Shown: positions 49,148 through 61,232 of the stretch, piece after piece
Numbering within the stretch: position 1 is the stretch's first letter
How the letters are laid out: every line of letters begins with the position of its first letter
Assembly (NCBI GenBank): GCA_963777605.1
Contig: CAVZRV010000035.1
Span: 256,001-320,000 of the forward strand
Length of the DNA: 64,000 nucleotides
Reading direction: 5' to 3'
Source: an uncultured Acidobacteriota bacterium
GTDB taxonomy: Bacteria; Acidobacteriota; UBA6911; RPQK01; JAPXNP01
Position numbers and translations under genes: made by a program
The notes under the pieces: generated by a model
What the model saw: only the letters and a program-made list of their open reading frames with translations
Database searches by the model: none
Told to the model about the DNA's origin: nothing

Positions 49148-50527
49148 TCACGACCGGAACCTCGGAACCAACTTCTCTCGCTTCCCGCTTCCCGCAATTC
49201 GGTAGAGCGCCAGGAGCCCTCCGAGAAAAATCCAGAACAGCACGCTCGAGCGGAATCCCTTGAGGCCGATGTTGTAGGCGAAGGGGATAATCCAGTCTCC
49301 CAGCATTCCGGCCGACAGAGAGCCCAGCAGCCCGCCGAGGACGCCGACGGCGTAGGCTTCAACGAAGGTTCCCCGGCCGCTCCGCCGCAGCTCCAGGCTC
49401 TTCATTCCCATCTCGGTGCTGAACCAGAGGAAGGTCAGAAGCCCGGCCAGCCCGACCTGGGCCACGATATCGAAGTAGTTGTTGTGGGAGTTGAAGTTGA
49501 CGTACCAGCCCAGAATCGGGAACTGGGGAGTGTAAAAGTAGTAGTTGGCGGGACCGACTCCCAGGACCGGGTTCTTGCTCAGGATCTCGGAGACGATCCC
49601 CCAGGCCTGGAGGCGGGTCACCCAGCTGTACTGCTCGTTGATCATGAGGGCTTCCCAGATCCTGCCCAGCACCAGCAGGCCGGCCGGGAGGGCCAGCAGG
49701 CCGGCGCCGATGGAGAAGCGGGGAAAGCGAATCAGGACGATCAGGCCCACCGCCACCAGGCCCGGCAGCCACCCCGAGGCCCAGCTCAAGCGCGTCGCCA
49801 GGCCGATGCCGATGGGGGCCACCGCCAGCATGAGACACGCCGTCCGGGCAACCCGGCTCAACTGCCGGTTGAACAGGGCCTGGCCAAGGCTCAGTGCGAC
49901 GACCCAGGTCCAAAAGAGGCTTCCAATCGTAATCGGTATCGAGGACGACGGCCACCCAATCCCGAACCACCGGGACGGTTACCAGGGCGATGACCGCAGC
50001 CGAGACCGACAAAAAGAACCAGACCAGGCGCTCCAGCTGCCGGCGGCTCCGGACCAGGTGGGCAAAGAGGAGGAGGATGCCCCCTGACAGCAGGAAGATC
50101 GCGAGGCCGCCGAGCTGGGCCCGCATCGGGGCGCCCGCAATCGGGTACCAGGGGAACTGGCCGGCCAGGAAAGCCAACACGCAGACTCCCATGAATGCCA
50201 GCAGCGCGATCTCCGGTCGCGTGAAGTCGAGTTCGAGCTGCTTCTCGAGGACCACCTGGCGAACGACCCAAAGCCCGATCAGCCCGGCCGCCAGCAGGTG
50301 GACGACGTAGACCTGTCCCGCCAGATCGACCGGTACTGCGACACAGGCCAGCAGGAGCAGGTAGAGTCCCTTTTCCTGCCGCCGCAAAGCAATCGGCAGG
50401 GAGGCAACTCCCACCAGCGCTGCGAGCACCGCCGCCAAAGCCAATAAGTAGAGTTCGGGGGTGGTCATTGCAGGCAATTGGCGCCGTTCGTAGTTTGCAT
50501 TTCGCTCTCGGCGTTCGGCTTATTCAT
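49148..50527 (-). CDS. O-antigen ligase / Wzy-like membrane protein; frameshifted
   Basis: Multi-TM; TRLQAW...NPVLGVGPANY...NSHNNYFDIVAQVGLAG (Wzy_C motif). Confidence 0.82.
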
Positions 50528-50529
50528 AT

Positions 50530-50588
50530 CGGGATTCGGGATTCGGGATTCGGGATTCGGGATTCGGGATTCGGGATTCGGGATTCGG
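50530..50588. repeat. Heptamer tandem array (CGGGATT x8)
   Basis: Read directly. Confidence 0.92.
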
Positions 50589-50989
50589 TAGGGAGCTTAC
50601 CCTTTCTCAAACTCGCGGCAAGGTCTTTTCACGGCCAATCACAAATCGTAAATCGTAGATCGTAGATGTTTCTTAGCCCGGAGGGCGGCATGGAGTAGCC
50701 CAGGATGCAGCGAAGCGGAGTCCTGGGTCCCCCGGCCCGACATCAATCCCGAGTCCGCCTCGGCGGACGACATGATCGTAATTTCAACAATCCCTTGGAT
50801 CCCCCAGCACAAGCACTGCGATCGCGGCCTGTAGGGTCGCGCCGGAATCCTCTCGTCCGGAGCGGTGTGCAGCCCCTTCAGGGCTGGATTCTTGATGGGT
50901 GGACCGCGCACCCAGGCAAATGCCTGGGCTGAAACAGGCCCCCTTCAGGGGCCGGCCCAGCGGCATTACGACGGGAGCTTTCGCTTCCG
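50589..50989. repeat. Long intergenic repeat, copy 2 (about 400 bp, includes REP-like hairpins)
   Basis: About 11 substitutions relative to 53100-53494 by manual comparison. Confidence 0.92.
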
Positions 50990-51011
50990 TGCGGTTTGCC
51001 GGGGTTCAAAG

Positions 51012-51129
51012 GGGGCTGTTGCAAAACTCCAAAAAGGCCCAATTCAGGTGCCACCTATAGGGAGGCCGTCCTACTGAACCCAAGATATGGGGTATGTTTT
51101 GCGGTCCAAACGACTTTTGCAACAGCCCC
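51012..51129. mobile_element. 118-bp MITE with 15-bp TIRs and a 9-bp target duplication
   Basis: ggggctgttgcaaaa...ttttgcaacagcccc flanked by ggttcaaag at 51003-51011 and 51130-51138. Confidence 0.85.
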
Positions 51130-51334
51130 GGTTCAAAGCGGAAGCTCTCGCTTCCGCACTCCACATGGATCTCGACGACGCGAACAACCTAACCATTCTG
51201 TCGTTCGACGAATTCAAGGAGCCACAGTCTCCGGTCTCGGGTCTCCCGCCTCCAACTCCCGCTATCCGAATCCCGGTTCCCACCCGAAACCAGGCACCCC
51301 GGAACCCGGAACCCGGAATCGGCCGCTTCGCGCC

Positions 51335-53011
51335 CTACCTCCCCAACGCCCATCCGAGATGCTCGACCCCAACCCGGACGGCCCGCTTGAAGGTGTGCAG
51401 GTCCGAGGCCAGCATCTTGAGGTAGGTCACCGCAGGGCCGGGACGGAAGGCCCACTCCCGGAACGCCCGCCGCTGCCAGTAGGTCAGGTCCTCGGCCGAC
51501 AGGTTGTCGTACTGCAGGACGGTTTCCTTGTCCATATCGACCTGCTCCCACCGGGTCCCTTCCCGGAACCAGCCGTTTTTCACGACCTCGAAGAAGAAGG
51601 GGGTCCCCGGGTAGGGGGCGGCCACGTGGAAAAGGGCCAACTCGAGGGGCAGCGTCTTCGACAGCGCGATGGTTTCCTGGATGGTCTCCACGGTCTCTCC
51701 GGGCAGCCCGATGATGAAATAACCCCAGTTCTTGATTCCCGCCTGGCGCGCCCACAGGAGAGCTTCCCGGGCCTTTTTCGGGTTGGCTCCCTTGGCCGCC
51801 TTCCTGAGGATCAACTCGTTGCCGCTCTCGATGCCCCACGAGATCATCCAGCAGCCCGCCTTCCCCATCATCCGCAGCATCTCCTCGTCCACGAAATCGA
51901 CCCGGCTGTTGCAGGTCCAGCGCAGCTTCAACCCTTCTTTCAGGATACCTTCACAGATCCCGATCACCTGGTCCCGGTTGACCGTAAACAAGTCGGCATA
52001 CATGTGGATGTTGCGGATGCCAAGGCCGTAAAGGATTTTCAGTTCCTCGACAACCCGTTCCGGGGTCAGCAGCCGCACCGACCACTGGTAGGAGACGTGC
52101 TTGATGCAGTACTTGCAGCCGGCCGGGCAACCGCGGCTGGTAAGAACAAAGCAGAAGGGCCCCTTCATCAGGGGCATCCGGTACTGGTCGAGCGGCAGCA
52201 GATCGTAGCGGGGGACGGGAAGGTCGTTGAGGTCGCGCACGAAACTCCGGTCCAGGTTGCGCCGGACCTCGCCGCGGTCTCGCCAGACCAGTCCCTTGAC
52301 CCGGGAGAGGTCACCGGTTCCCGGCGTATCGGTCGAGTCCGGGACAGGCTCCCAGCCGGGGTCCGCCGCTTTGAAGAGCGCTTCCACCCACTCCGGGCGG
52401 TCGTTCTGGCGCCCTTCCAGGACGTCGATCAGCTCCCTCAGGGTCAACTCAGGCTCTCCGCGGAGGACGAAGTCGAGGGCGGGGAAGTCCCGCATCGTCT
52501 CGTTGGGCATCGGCGTAACGTGGGTTCCGAAGGCCATCGTCCGGGCCCCGATCGAGCGGGCCAGCATGACCCCGTACATGTCGTTGGTCAGGGTCGGGGC
52601 CGTCGCCTGGGTCAGGTAGTAGCGGGGGGCCTTTTCCCTCAGGATCTCCTCGAACCGGGCCCAGGACATGCGCTCGGCAATCGCGTCCACGACGGCGACC
52701 GAGTAGTCGGGTTCCAGCATGGCGGCCAGTTGTGCCAGGGAACACTGCGGCCAGACCATCTCCTCGCGGCTGCGCCGGCCGACCCGGTGCTGGGTGCGAA
52801 TCCAGATTCCGCCGTCGGGCGAGGGAGGGTTCACCAGGAGGACATCGACTGTCCCTGGCGGCCGTGTTTTCCGGGAGTCTTCCACAACGGCCCCCGCGTC
52901 GGGGAACTGGGCCTCCTTGAGCGGCCGGACCCCCCGGGTTCCCAGGTTGTGCCGGAGATGATCCGGGATTTCGTTGCGTGCTCTTTTATTCTTGTCGTTG
53001 GTATCGGTCAA
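51335..53011 (-). CDS. B12-binding-domain radical SAM enzyme
   Basis: VLLVNPP, VVDAIAE, FGTHVT, LRGEPE, TSRGCPAGCKYC (CxxxCxxC), WGIESG, FIIGLPGET, PYPGT. Confidence 0.9.
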   Translation of the reverse strand: MTDTNDKNKRARNEIPDHLRHNLGTRGVRPLKEAQFPDAGAVVEDSRKTRPPGTVDVLLVNPPSPDGGIWIRTQHRVGRRSREEMVWPQCSLAQLAAMLEPDYSVAVVDAIAERMSWARFEEILREKAPRYYLTQATAPTLTNDMYGVMLARSIGARTMAFGTHVTPMPNETMRDFPALDFVLRGEPELTLRELIDVLEGRQNDRPEWVEALFKAADPGWEPVPDSTDTPGTGDLSRVKGLVWRDRGEVRRNLDRSFVRDLNDLPVPRYDLLPLDQYRMPLMKGPFCFVLTSRGCPAGCKYCIKHVSYQWSVRLLTPERVVEELKILYGLGIRNIHMYADLFTVNRDQVIGICEGILKEGLKLRWTCNSRVDFVDEEMLRMMGKAGCWMISWGIESGNELILRKAAKGANPKKAREALLWARQAGIKNWGYFIIGLPGETVETIQETIALSKTLPLELALFHVAAPYPGTPFFFEVVKNGWFREGTRWEQVDMDKETVLQYDNLSAEDLTYWQRRAFREWAFRPGPAVTYLKMLASDLHTFKRAVRVGVEHLGWALGR

Positions 53012-53036
53012 GACTTACTCCAGACTTCGGATTTAT

Positions 53037-53494
53037 CGGGAATCGGGATTCAGGGATCTCGGGATTCCGGGATTCGGGATTCGGAACGCTTCGGGTCAGG
53101 CTTACCCTTTCTCAAATTCGCGGCAAGGTCTTTTCACGGCCAATCACAAATCGCAAATCGTAAATCGTAGATGTTTCTTAGCCCGGAGGGCGGCACGGAG
53201 TAGCCCAGGATGTAGCGAAGCGGAGTCCTGGGTCCCCCGGCCCGACATCAATCCCGAGTCCGCCTCGGCGGACGACATGATCGTAATTTCAACAATCCCT
53301 TGGATCCCCCAGCACAAGCACTGCGATCGCGGCCTGTAGGGTAGCGCCGGAATCCTCTCGTCCGGAGCGGTGTTCAGCCCCTTCAGGGCTGGATCCTTGA
53401 TAGGTGGACCGCGCACCCAGGCATATGCCTGGGCTGAAACAGGCCCCCTTCAGGGGCCGGCCCGGCGGCATTACGACGGGAGCTTTCGCTTCCG
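53037..53494. repeat. Degenerate heptamer array (53037-53085) plus long intergenic repeat copy 3 (53100-53494)
   Basis: Same sequence and orientation as copies 1 and 2. Confidence 0.9.
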
Positions 53495-53575
53495 CACTCC
53501 ACATAAAATTCCGCCACGCTTGAGAGTCTGGCAAAACGGGATCGCCCCCTCGTTCAACGGATCCAGAGGTCCCCA

Positions 53576-53620
53576 CCAGGAACCCGGAACCAGGAACCAG
53601 GAACCAGGAACCAGGAACCA
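53576..53620. repeat. Heptamer array (CCAGGAA x about 6)
   Basis: Read directly; abuts the stop codon of the GT2. Confidence 0.85.
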
Positions 53621-54889
53621 TCAAACCACTCCCGAACAGTTGAAATCGGCTTCAATGCGGCCTTCCCGCTCGTGGAGGGTTTCCAGGATCCGCATCAGCA
53701 ACCAGGAGAGAACCAGCTGAACGCCGACCAGGACGAAAAGGGCGCTGCCTACCAGCCAGAGCCAGAGCCTCGGGATCTCCCACCCGTTCAAACCCAGGGC
53801 CAGGCCGGTGATTCCCAGGGCGCCGCCAATCAGGGCGACCAGCAGCCCGACCCAGCCGAAGTGGCGCTCCAGCGCAGGACCAAAAATCCGGGAGCCGAAG
53901 TTCTCCTGGCGGATCGGACGGTGATGGAAAAGGGCCACCAGGTAGTTGAAGGAGTAGCCCAGCGAAAGGACGCTGACACCGGTAATCCCCAGCACCAGGC
54001 TGGCATAGACTGCGAAAACTCCCAACGAATCCAGCCGGGTAATTCCCTGCAACCGCATCATCACGATGAGCCCGCCGAAAAGAACGGCGGCCGCCATGCT
54101 TCCCAAACCGACCAGTTCCAGCACCCGGGCCGGGTTGTACTCCAGGGCCGTCCAGATGATCGTTTTCAGAAAGCGGGTGCCGTCGCGGACTACGCTCAGC
54201 TTCGAACGCCCCGAGCGTTCGTGGTAGGCAATCGGGATCTCGGCGACCTGCAGCCCCTCGTGCACCGACCGGGTACTCATCACCGGGGTGAAGTTGAGCC
54301 CGTCCGGCAGAGGGTAGAGGCTGGAGAGTGCTTCGCGGCGAACCACCCGCATTCCGCTGGCAGGGTCCTGGACCCTGGTGTTGCCCAGGGTTGAAAGGAG
54401 CGTGGACCAGATCAGGTTGCCGAGGCGGCGCACTGCAGGCATCTCGCTTCGGGCGCCCGAACGGCGCGACCCGACGGCGACGTCCGCTCCGTCATCCAGG
54501 ATTGCGCTGCAGAGCTCGGCAAAGTGCTCGGGGGGGTAGGTGCTGTCGGCGTCGAGGAATGCCACCAGGTCTCCTCGCGACTGCGCGAATCCCGTCTTGA
54601 TGGCGGCCCCGTAGCCCCGGTTGCGGTCGTGGCGGATCAGCCGGGCTTCCGGCATCGCCTCCACGATTCGGCCGGTGGCGTCGCTGGAACCGTCGTCAAC
54701 CACGATGATCTCGAGGTCGTCGACGCCTGCGCCTCGAAGGGTGGGCGCGACGGAGGCCACTCGCCGGACGATGTCCGCGATCCCGTCCTCTTCATTCAGA
54801 GCGGGGATCACCACTGAAAGGCAGTGAGCCTGGCTCATCGGTTTAAGCACCGGTTCAGACGCTGAAGCAGAAATAGGGTTCAAGCTCAT
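53621..54889 (-). CDS. GT2, polyprenol-phosphate glycosyltransferase (DPM1-like) with C-terminal TM helices
   Basis: VVIPALNEE, VVDDGSSD, NRGYGAAIKTG, FLDADSTY, DPASGMR, RSGRSKLSVVRDG. Confidence 0.87.
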   Translation of the reverse strand: MSLNPISASASEPVLKPMSQAHCLSVVIPALNEEDGIADIVRRVASVAPTLRGAGVDDLEIIVVDDGSSDATGRIVEAMPEARLIRHDRNRGYGAAIKTGFAQSRGDLVAFLDADSTYPPEHFAELCSAILDDGADVAVGSRRSGARSEMPAVRRLGNLIWSTLLSTLGNTRVQDPASGMRVVRREALSSLYPLPDGLNFTPVMSTRSVHEGLQVAEIPIAYHERSGRSKLSVVRDGTRFLKTIIWTALEYNPARVLELVGLGSMAAAVLFGGLIVMMRLQGITRLDSLGVFAVYASLVLGITGVSVLSLGYSFNYLVALFHHRPIRQENFGSRIFGPALERHFGWVGLLVALIGGALGITGLALGLNGWEIPRLWLWLVGSALFVLVGVQLVLSWLLMRILETLHEREGRIEADFNCSGVV

Positions 54890-54916
54890 AATGATTCACT
54901 CCTCGGGAGAGGGGTT

Positions 54917-55085
54917 TCGGGAATCGGGAATCGGGAAAGGAGTGCCCTGGTTCCTCGTTCAATGTTCAATGTTTCGGGTCAGGCGACACTTCAATTTGGA
55001 GTGCTGGAAGCGACAGCTTCCGCTTTTGCCCAACGCGGAACGGTTCGGACGGGGTCAGGAAGCGAAAGCTTCCGTTGCCTTCCAT
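54917..55085. repeat. Second intergenic repeat family, copy A (about 170 bp; heptamers + TGGAGTGC REP)
   Basis: aggagtg(c/t)cctggttcctcgttcaatgttcaatgtttcgggtcaggcgacacttcaatttggagtgctggaagcgacagcttccgc...; near-identical copy at about 56410-56578. Confidence 0.88.
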
Positions 55086-55329
55086 ACGCGGGGACTGCCC
55101 AGACGCCTTCATCTCAAGGACGTGGCTGGCTCGCATTCAGTACGCGAGTAGAGCGAGCGCGACGCCGGATGAACTGCAACCGGCTACCGTGGATCTTGCC
55201 TCCCCGATCGAAGTCCTCCTCCGGCAACAACCACACGTCTTGTCGCGTCCCCAGCGTCCCCGGCTTCCGGAATTGCTTCCGGTGGCTGCTGAACATCTGG
55301 AGAAGCGCTCGCCCTTGACGCGGGGGCAC

Positions 55330-56355
<1,026 letters not shown>

Positions 56356-56359
56356 TGTG

Positions 56360-56578
56360 GGATTCGGGAATCGGGAATCGGGATTCGGGAATCGGGATCG
56401 GAATCGGGAATCGGGAATCGGGAATCGGGTAAGGAGTGTCCTGGTTCCTCGTTCAATGTTCAATGTTTCGGGTCAGGCGACACTTCAATTTGGAGTGCTG
56501 GAAGCGACAGCTTCCGCTTTTGCCCACCGCGGAACGGTTCGGATCGGGGTCAGGAAGCGAAAGCTTCCGTTGCCTTCA
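56360..56578. repeat. Heptamer array (56360-56429) plus second repeat family, copy B
   Basis: Read directly; matches 54917-55085. Confidence 0.88.
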
Positions 56579-56669
56579 AAGGATTCACTGTCTCCGGTCT
56601 CGGGTCTCCCGTTTCCACCAGGAACCAGGAACCAGAAACCCGAACCAGGCGACGAAGGCGACGCATCCC

Positions 56670-58894
56670 CTACGACTTCGCCTCTCCCCGCCCGGCGCCG
56701 TAATAGCTGTCATCCCGATAATACCTGTAGTAATGGGAATCGCCCTGCGTCGGGTTGGCCCCGTTGAGGATCATCCCGATGACGTTGGCACCCGAATGCT
56801 GCAGGCTGACACGGGCCCGCTGGACCAGCTTGCGGGGGGTCGTTCCGGCCCGCACCACCAGCACCGACCCGTCCACTCTCGTGCCGAGCACCCGCGCGTC
56901 GGCGACGGTCAGCAGGGGCGGGCTGTCGATCAGGATGAAGCGGAACGCCTCTCCGAGTTCCTTGAGGAGAAACTGGAGCCGTTCCGACTGGAGCAGGGCA
57001 AGCGGGTTGGGCGCCCGCGGACCTGCGGCGATCAGGTGGAGGTTGGGGATGTCGGTCGCGTGGATCTGGGGCAGCGGATTGAGGTGGCCCGAGAGAAAGA
57101 GGCTCAGGCCGTTGTCCTGGCTGATCCCGAAGCCGTCGGCCAGCAGCGGCTTGCGCAGGTCCAGTTCCAGCAGAACCGTCCGCGACCCGCTCTCGGCCAG
57201 GGTCCGCCCCAACTGGGCCACCATGCTGGTCTTCCCCTCACCCGGGATCGCCGAGGTGACCAGGATCGAGCGGGGCGCCTGGTCCGAACAGGAGAGCAGG
57301 ATCGAGGCGCAGATCCCCCGGAACGATTCCCGGACTTCCGAAGGAAGCGTCCCGGCCCCGTTGGTGGAGACCGCCTTCCTCACCATCGGAAGGATCGTGT
57401 GGGGATGATTCCCGTTGGTGCCCTTGAGAAGCTTCCGGTTGGACGGTTCCCTGCCCCGCTCCAGTTCCTTGACCTCGGGGACGGCTCCCAGTGACGGAAG
57501 GGCGAGCAGTCGCTCCCCCTCCTCCAGCGAAGTGATGGAGGTGTCCCAGGCGTCGGCGATGAAAGCGATGCAGACGCCGATCCCGAGGCCCAGCAGCGCG
57601 GCCAGGGAAAGGTTCCACACCGGCTTGGGGCTGTAAATCTTCGAGCTCTCCTGTCCTGGCTCGACGATGTGAACGTTGCCGAATTCCAGCCCCGCCGTGA
57701 CGCTGGTCTGCTTGAGTCGCTCGAGCAGGCCCTTGTAGAGTTCCTCGTTGGTCTCCACGTCTCGCCGCAGGATGTTGTACTGGATCGAAGCCTCGTTGAG
57801 CTGGTTGACGAGCTGCTCCTGGCGGTTGTAGGAGTCGGAGAGCATGCGGTAGCGGCTTTGCACCGTCTTCAGGTCGACTTGGGCTTCCTGGCGCGCCGCC
57901 GCGATCGCCGCCGCCTTCTGCTGCACCAGTTGCTTCCTGGCCAGTTCGAGTTCCTGTCGCTTCTGCACTACCGCCGGCCAGTTCTCGCCAAACCGCTGCA
58001 GGAGACCGGTCAGGTCGTGCTCGAGCTGGAGCTGCCTCGAAGATAGATCGGTGATGACCGGGGAAATCAGCCTCTCGGGAAAGTCCTCGGGCGTCGCTCC
58101 GTCGAAGCTCGACAGCTTGGAGCGAGCCGTGATCAACTCGGCCTCGATCTTCGAGACCTCCTGTCCCAAAAAGGCCAGCTTGTCCTCCACGATTCCCGAC
58201 TTCTCCTGGTTCAGGCTCATCATGCTGTTGTCCCGGGCGTACGTCACCATCTGCTTCTCGGAGGCCTGCACCCTCTGCCGCAGCTCGGCGAGCTCGCGCT
58301 CGAGGAAACTGCGGGCCTTCTCCCGGGTCTCCTGGCGGGCCTGGAAGTGGAGCTTGATGTACTCCTCGGCGAACAGGTTGACGACCTGCGCCGCCAGCTC
58401 CGGTCGGGGCGCCAGGCAGCTGAGCTGAAACAGCTTGGTGTTCTCGACCCGCTGCACGTCCAGGGTCTCCACCACGGGCAGGGCCTCTTCGATCTGGGCC
58501 GGGGAAAGCTCGCCGCGCAACCGCTGCTCGACCCGGGCCGTCAGGGTCGGCCCCTGGAGCACCTGGTCCTCGGTCTTCATGTAGAGCTCGTAGTTGGCTT
58601 CGCCGTCGATCAACTCGGTGACGTCCCGGTAGGGAAGCACCCGGGCCGGCTCGGCGTCGATCTCCAGAATGACGGTCGACCGGTACTGCGGCGTGGCCAT
58701 AAAGGTAAACAAGGCAGCCGGGATGATGACCAGGACGGTCACCAGCAGGATGAGGATACTTGCGGCGCAACAGCGTGGCCAGGATCTGGGCCGCTTCCCG
58801 CGGTTCTTCGATCCCGCCCGGAGCTGGTTCAATGGCCAGGTCCCGAACCGGGCCCTGGATCTCAGTCGGTGTTCGCTTTTCGAAGGTCGCTCAC
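56670..58894 (-). CDS. wzc: Polysaccharide co-polymerase / BY tyrosine kinase (Wzc/GumC); 5' frameshifts
   Basis: ATPQYRST, coiled-coil region, PKPVWNL TM, ESFR, TSAIPGEGKT (Walker A), LDLRKP, LIDSPP, Tyr cluster SHYYRYYRDDSYYG; likely GTG start at 58894 with GGAG. Confidence 0.9.
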
Positions 58895-59102
58895 GGGGTT
58901 ACTCCGCGGACGGGACGTGCCCGTCCAGTATAGGGGTCAGGTTAAAACACCGGAAATTCAGCTAATTAGCGGAACTGAGCAAGAGGATTCGAGTTCGAAA
59001 TTGAACTGAAGATGCGTCCGAAAGAGTGATGATATTTGCTCAATCAGGGTAGGCTCCGCCCCTGTCACTTACAGAAAAGTGGGACCGGCTAACCGTGGTT
59101 AA

Positions 59103-59119
59103 TGCACTTTCAGTGCCAA
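59103..59119 (-). promoter_or_regulatory. Sigma-54 promoter TTGGCACTGAAAGTGCA for the glycan operon
   Basis: TGGCAC and GG-N10-GC on the minus strand upstream of wzc. Confidence 0.78.
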
Positions 59120-59303
59120 CATAACGGCCGGAAAGACAGGAGGGTGAGAAGGCCCTGACCGGCACAGGCTTTCCGCCCCATCGCCCGCGGAAACCCGCAT
59201 CAGGACTGGGTAACCCGCTTCCACACCAATTGTGAAGTTGACCACCCTGTGTCATAACGTTTGGTTATTTTACAAAAGCGTTCTTTACCAGAGCGCAAAG
59301 AGT

Positions 59304-59320
59304 TGTCAGGATTATTTACA
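59304..59320 (-). promoter_or_regulatory. Enhancer box TGTAAATAATCCTGACA
   Basis: Matches the boxes upstream of the PEP-CTERM genes. Confidence 0.72.
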
Positions 59321-59348
59321 TCAAGCCGGGCGTGGGACGAGCGTCCCC

Positions 59349-60195
59349 GAGGGTGTCTCAAAAAACAGGTTCACGGCGGGTAATTTCCGCCCGGTGTGGG
59401 CTTGAATCCATTCCAGCGGCGGAAGAATCGGATGTGAAGTGCGCTCGACTTCGCGGAATGGCCACCGCCGACCGCGGCTCGGCGATCGAGTACGACCGTT
59501 CTGCTCCCTTTAGCCGGTGGCCAACTGGAACTTCCCCGCTTGCCACAGCCGGAGCAACTTCTTGAGATTGTGGGTCACGCACAGCATGGCCCACTGGGAC
59601 TGGACCCCGTCCAGTCCCCACATCGTCCACCGCCGGAATCCCATGTTGTGTTTGAGCTGCGCGAAAACCGGCTCCACGATCACCTTCCGCCGGCTCAGCT
59701 TTTCCTTGGCATCGTCCTGACTCTGGCGCCGCCGCTGCTCATCCACCGCTTTCCGATACGGACTGATGAGGACCTGTCGACCCCGTTCTCCAGAACTACA
59801 CTCGGCCGCTGCCGGACAGTGCCGAAACTTCACACACTGATACCGTCGATCCTTCCATTCACGCCGGCTGCTGGCACGCTCCTTCCAGCCGCCGCGGACT
59901 GCGCAGGTGGTTCAGGTACCCATACAGCCACGCCTTCAGCAGCAACTCCGCACCGTAATGCGGTCGGCCCTGGCCCGCGTTCCCAATCCGCTTTCGCTCT
60001 GCCCGCAGTCCCAGTTCTTCCAGGTCCAGTTCGTCCACCACCCCGCGAATAAACCGGGCCGGATGATCCGCTCCGACCCAGTCTTCCAACACCGGGGGAA
60101 ACAGGTAGGTCTCACTATAGTCCGCTCTGATTTGTCGGGTCACAGCGCTATTTAAAAAGTTGAGTCTGCGATTCTTCTCTTTTTGAGACACCCTC
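59349..60195 (-). mobile_element. Internally deleted IS1182-family element
   Basis: 15-bp TIRs gagggtgtctcaaaa/ttttgagacaccctc; direct repeat gtcccc on both sides; transposase N-terminus (LFPPVLEDWV..DHPARFI..GRPHY..LLKAWLYGY) and C-terminus (RRKVIVEPVFAQLKHNMGFRR..HNLKKL) only. Confidence 0.88.
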
Positions 60196-60422
60196 GTCCC
60201 CGCTTGTCTCCGTGGCACGGGCAACCATCCTGAACTGGTATGTCGCCAAGAAACCCGAGCAGAGGACCCACGACCAGATTCATTAGACACGGTTTGTTCT
60301 GCCATCAGATGAAGAACTCCCAAATACTCCTTGTGTTTGTCGGGTCGAACTTCTAGGCTGATTCAGGTTCTAGCGAAGCTGGAACAGCCGAATAACTGCC
60401 AACTGAGAAGACTCTAGAAATG

Positions 60423-60445
60423 AAAAGGCCGCCTAACGGCGGCCT
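60423..60445 (-). terminator. Intrinsic terminator after PEP-CTERM gene 2
   Basis: Minus strand aggccgccgttaggcggcctttt. Confidence 0.75.
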
Positions 60446-60478
60446 AGTTAGAAGTCGAGAAGAATTGACCTTAATCGC

Positions 60479-61033
60479 CTATGCCTTGAATCGTCTTGCG
60501 GCTTCCGCAACCACACACCCCAGGCTGAGTAGCAACAACGACACGGGTTCAGGCGTCGGTACGGCACTCGCAGCCTGCTGCTCAAGGCCCGACCTCGTTG
60601 GTAAGTTGGCTGAGATCGAGGCGTAACTCCAGCCCGAACCACTCCAAGAAACCCGCAGTGCCTCAAGGAGTGAGTCTCCCCAGAAAGCGAAGAAGTTGAA
60701 CACCAGCGAAGTCGATTTAGAACCCTCGAAAACGATGTCGAAGTCGAGGCTTGTCAAAGCTACCCCGGAAGCAAGCGCCAAAGACGGTGTATCATACGTC
60801 AGCGCCCAGCTAGCAACGCTGAAATTGCGCATAGCCGGCGTCTCGAACGGTCCATTCTGGACCAGTTGCAGGGCAACAAAATCGAAGCTGCCAACCCCAC
60901 TTTCATTAAACCGTTGCCCCCAGCTATTGGTCACGTAAGGACTCCCAACAGCTACGACATCCCCGAATGTGGGTGACACGAATACCACCATCAAAACCGT
61001 TAGAAGAGAAATTAGAATCAGAATCCGTCTCAT
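60479..61033 (-). CDS. PEP-CTERM sorting-domain protein 2
   Basis: Signal peptide; C-terminus VPTPEPVSLLLLSLGCVVAEAARRFKA; GGAGG RBS. Confidence 0.9.
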   Translation of the reverse strand: MRRILILISLLTVLMVVFVSPTFGDVVAVGSPYVTNSWGQRFNESGVGSFDFVALQLVQNGPFETPAMRNFSVASWALTYDTPSLALASGVALTSLDFDIVFEGSKSTSLVFNFFAFWGDSLLEALRVSWSGSGWSYASISANLPTRSGLEQQAASAVPTPEPVSLLLLSLGCVVAEAARRFKA

Positions 61034-61095
61034 CGAACCTCCTTTTCCCTGTGCCTCGCCAATCCGTTGGCTAACTTGTAACGTGTAAGTTCAGA

Positions 61096-61112
61096 TGCAA
61101 GCTTCGGGCCAA
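61096..61112 (-). promoter_or_regulatory. Sigma-54 promoter TTGGCCCGAAGCTTGCA
   Basis: TGGC-N7-TTGCA upstream of PEP-CTERM gene 2. Confidence 0.8.
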
Positions 61113-61232
61113 ACTAGACAAACGCTCATTGCCCAAAATGGCAAGCCACTGGAAAACCAACATTTACGCCACAAGAAACATCACCGACGATTGGTATGGC
61201 TGCGTTCAGATTCGAGAAGGTCACTGAAACAG

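Noticed and set aside
48765-53416. Three near-identical 80-90-aa ORFs (..RPRSQCLCWGIQGIVEITIMSS..) as a small-protein family
   Set aside because: They are translations of the palindromic DNA repeat, with variable starts and no convincing RBS.
48623-53494. CRISPR array or integron attC array
   Set aside because: Repeats are 7-mers without spacers or 280-400 bp long; no cas or intI genes and no clear attC boundaries.
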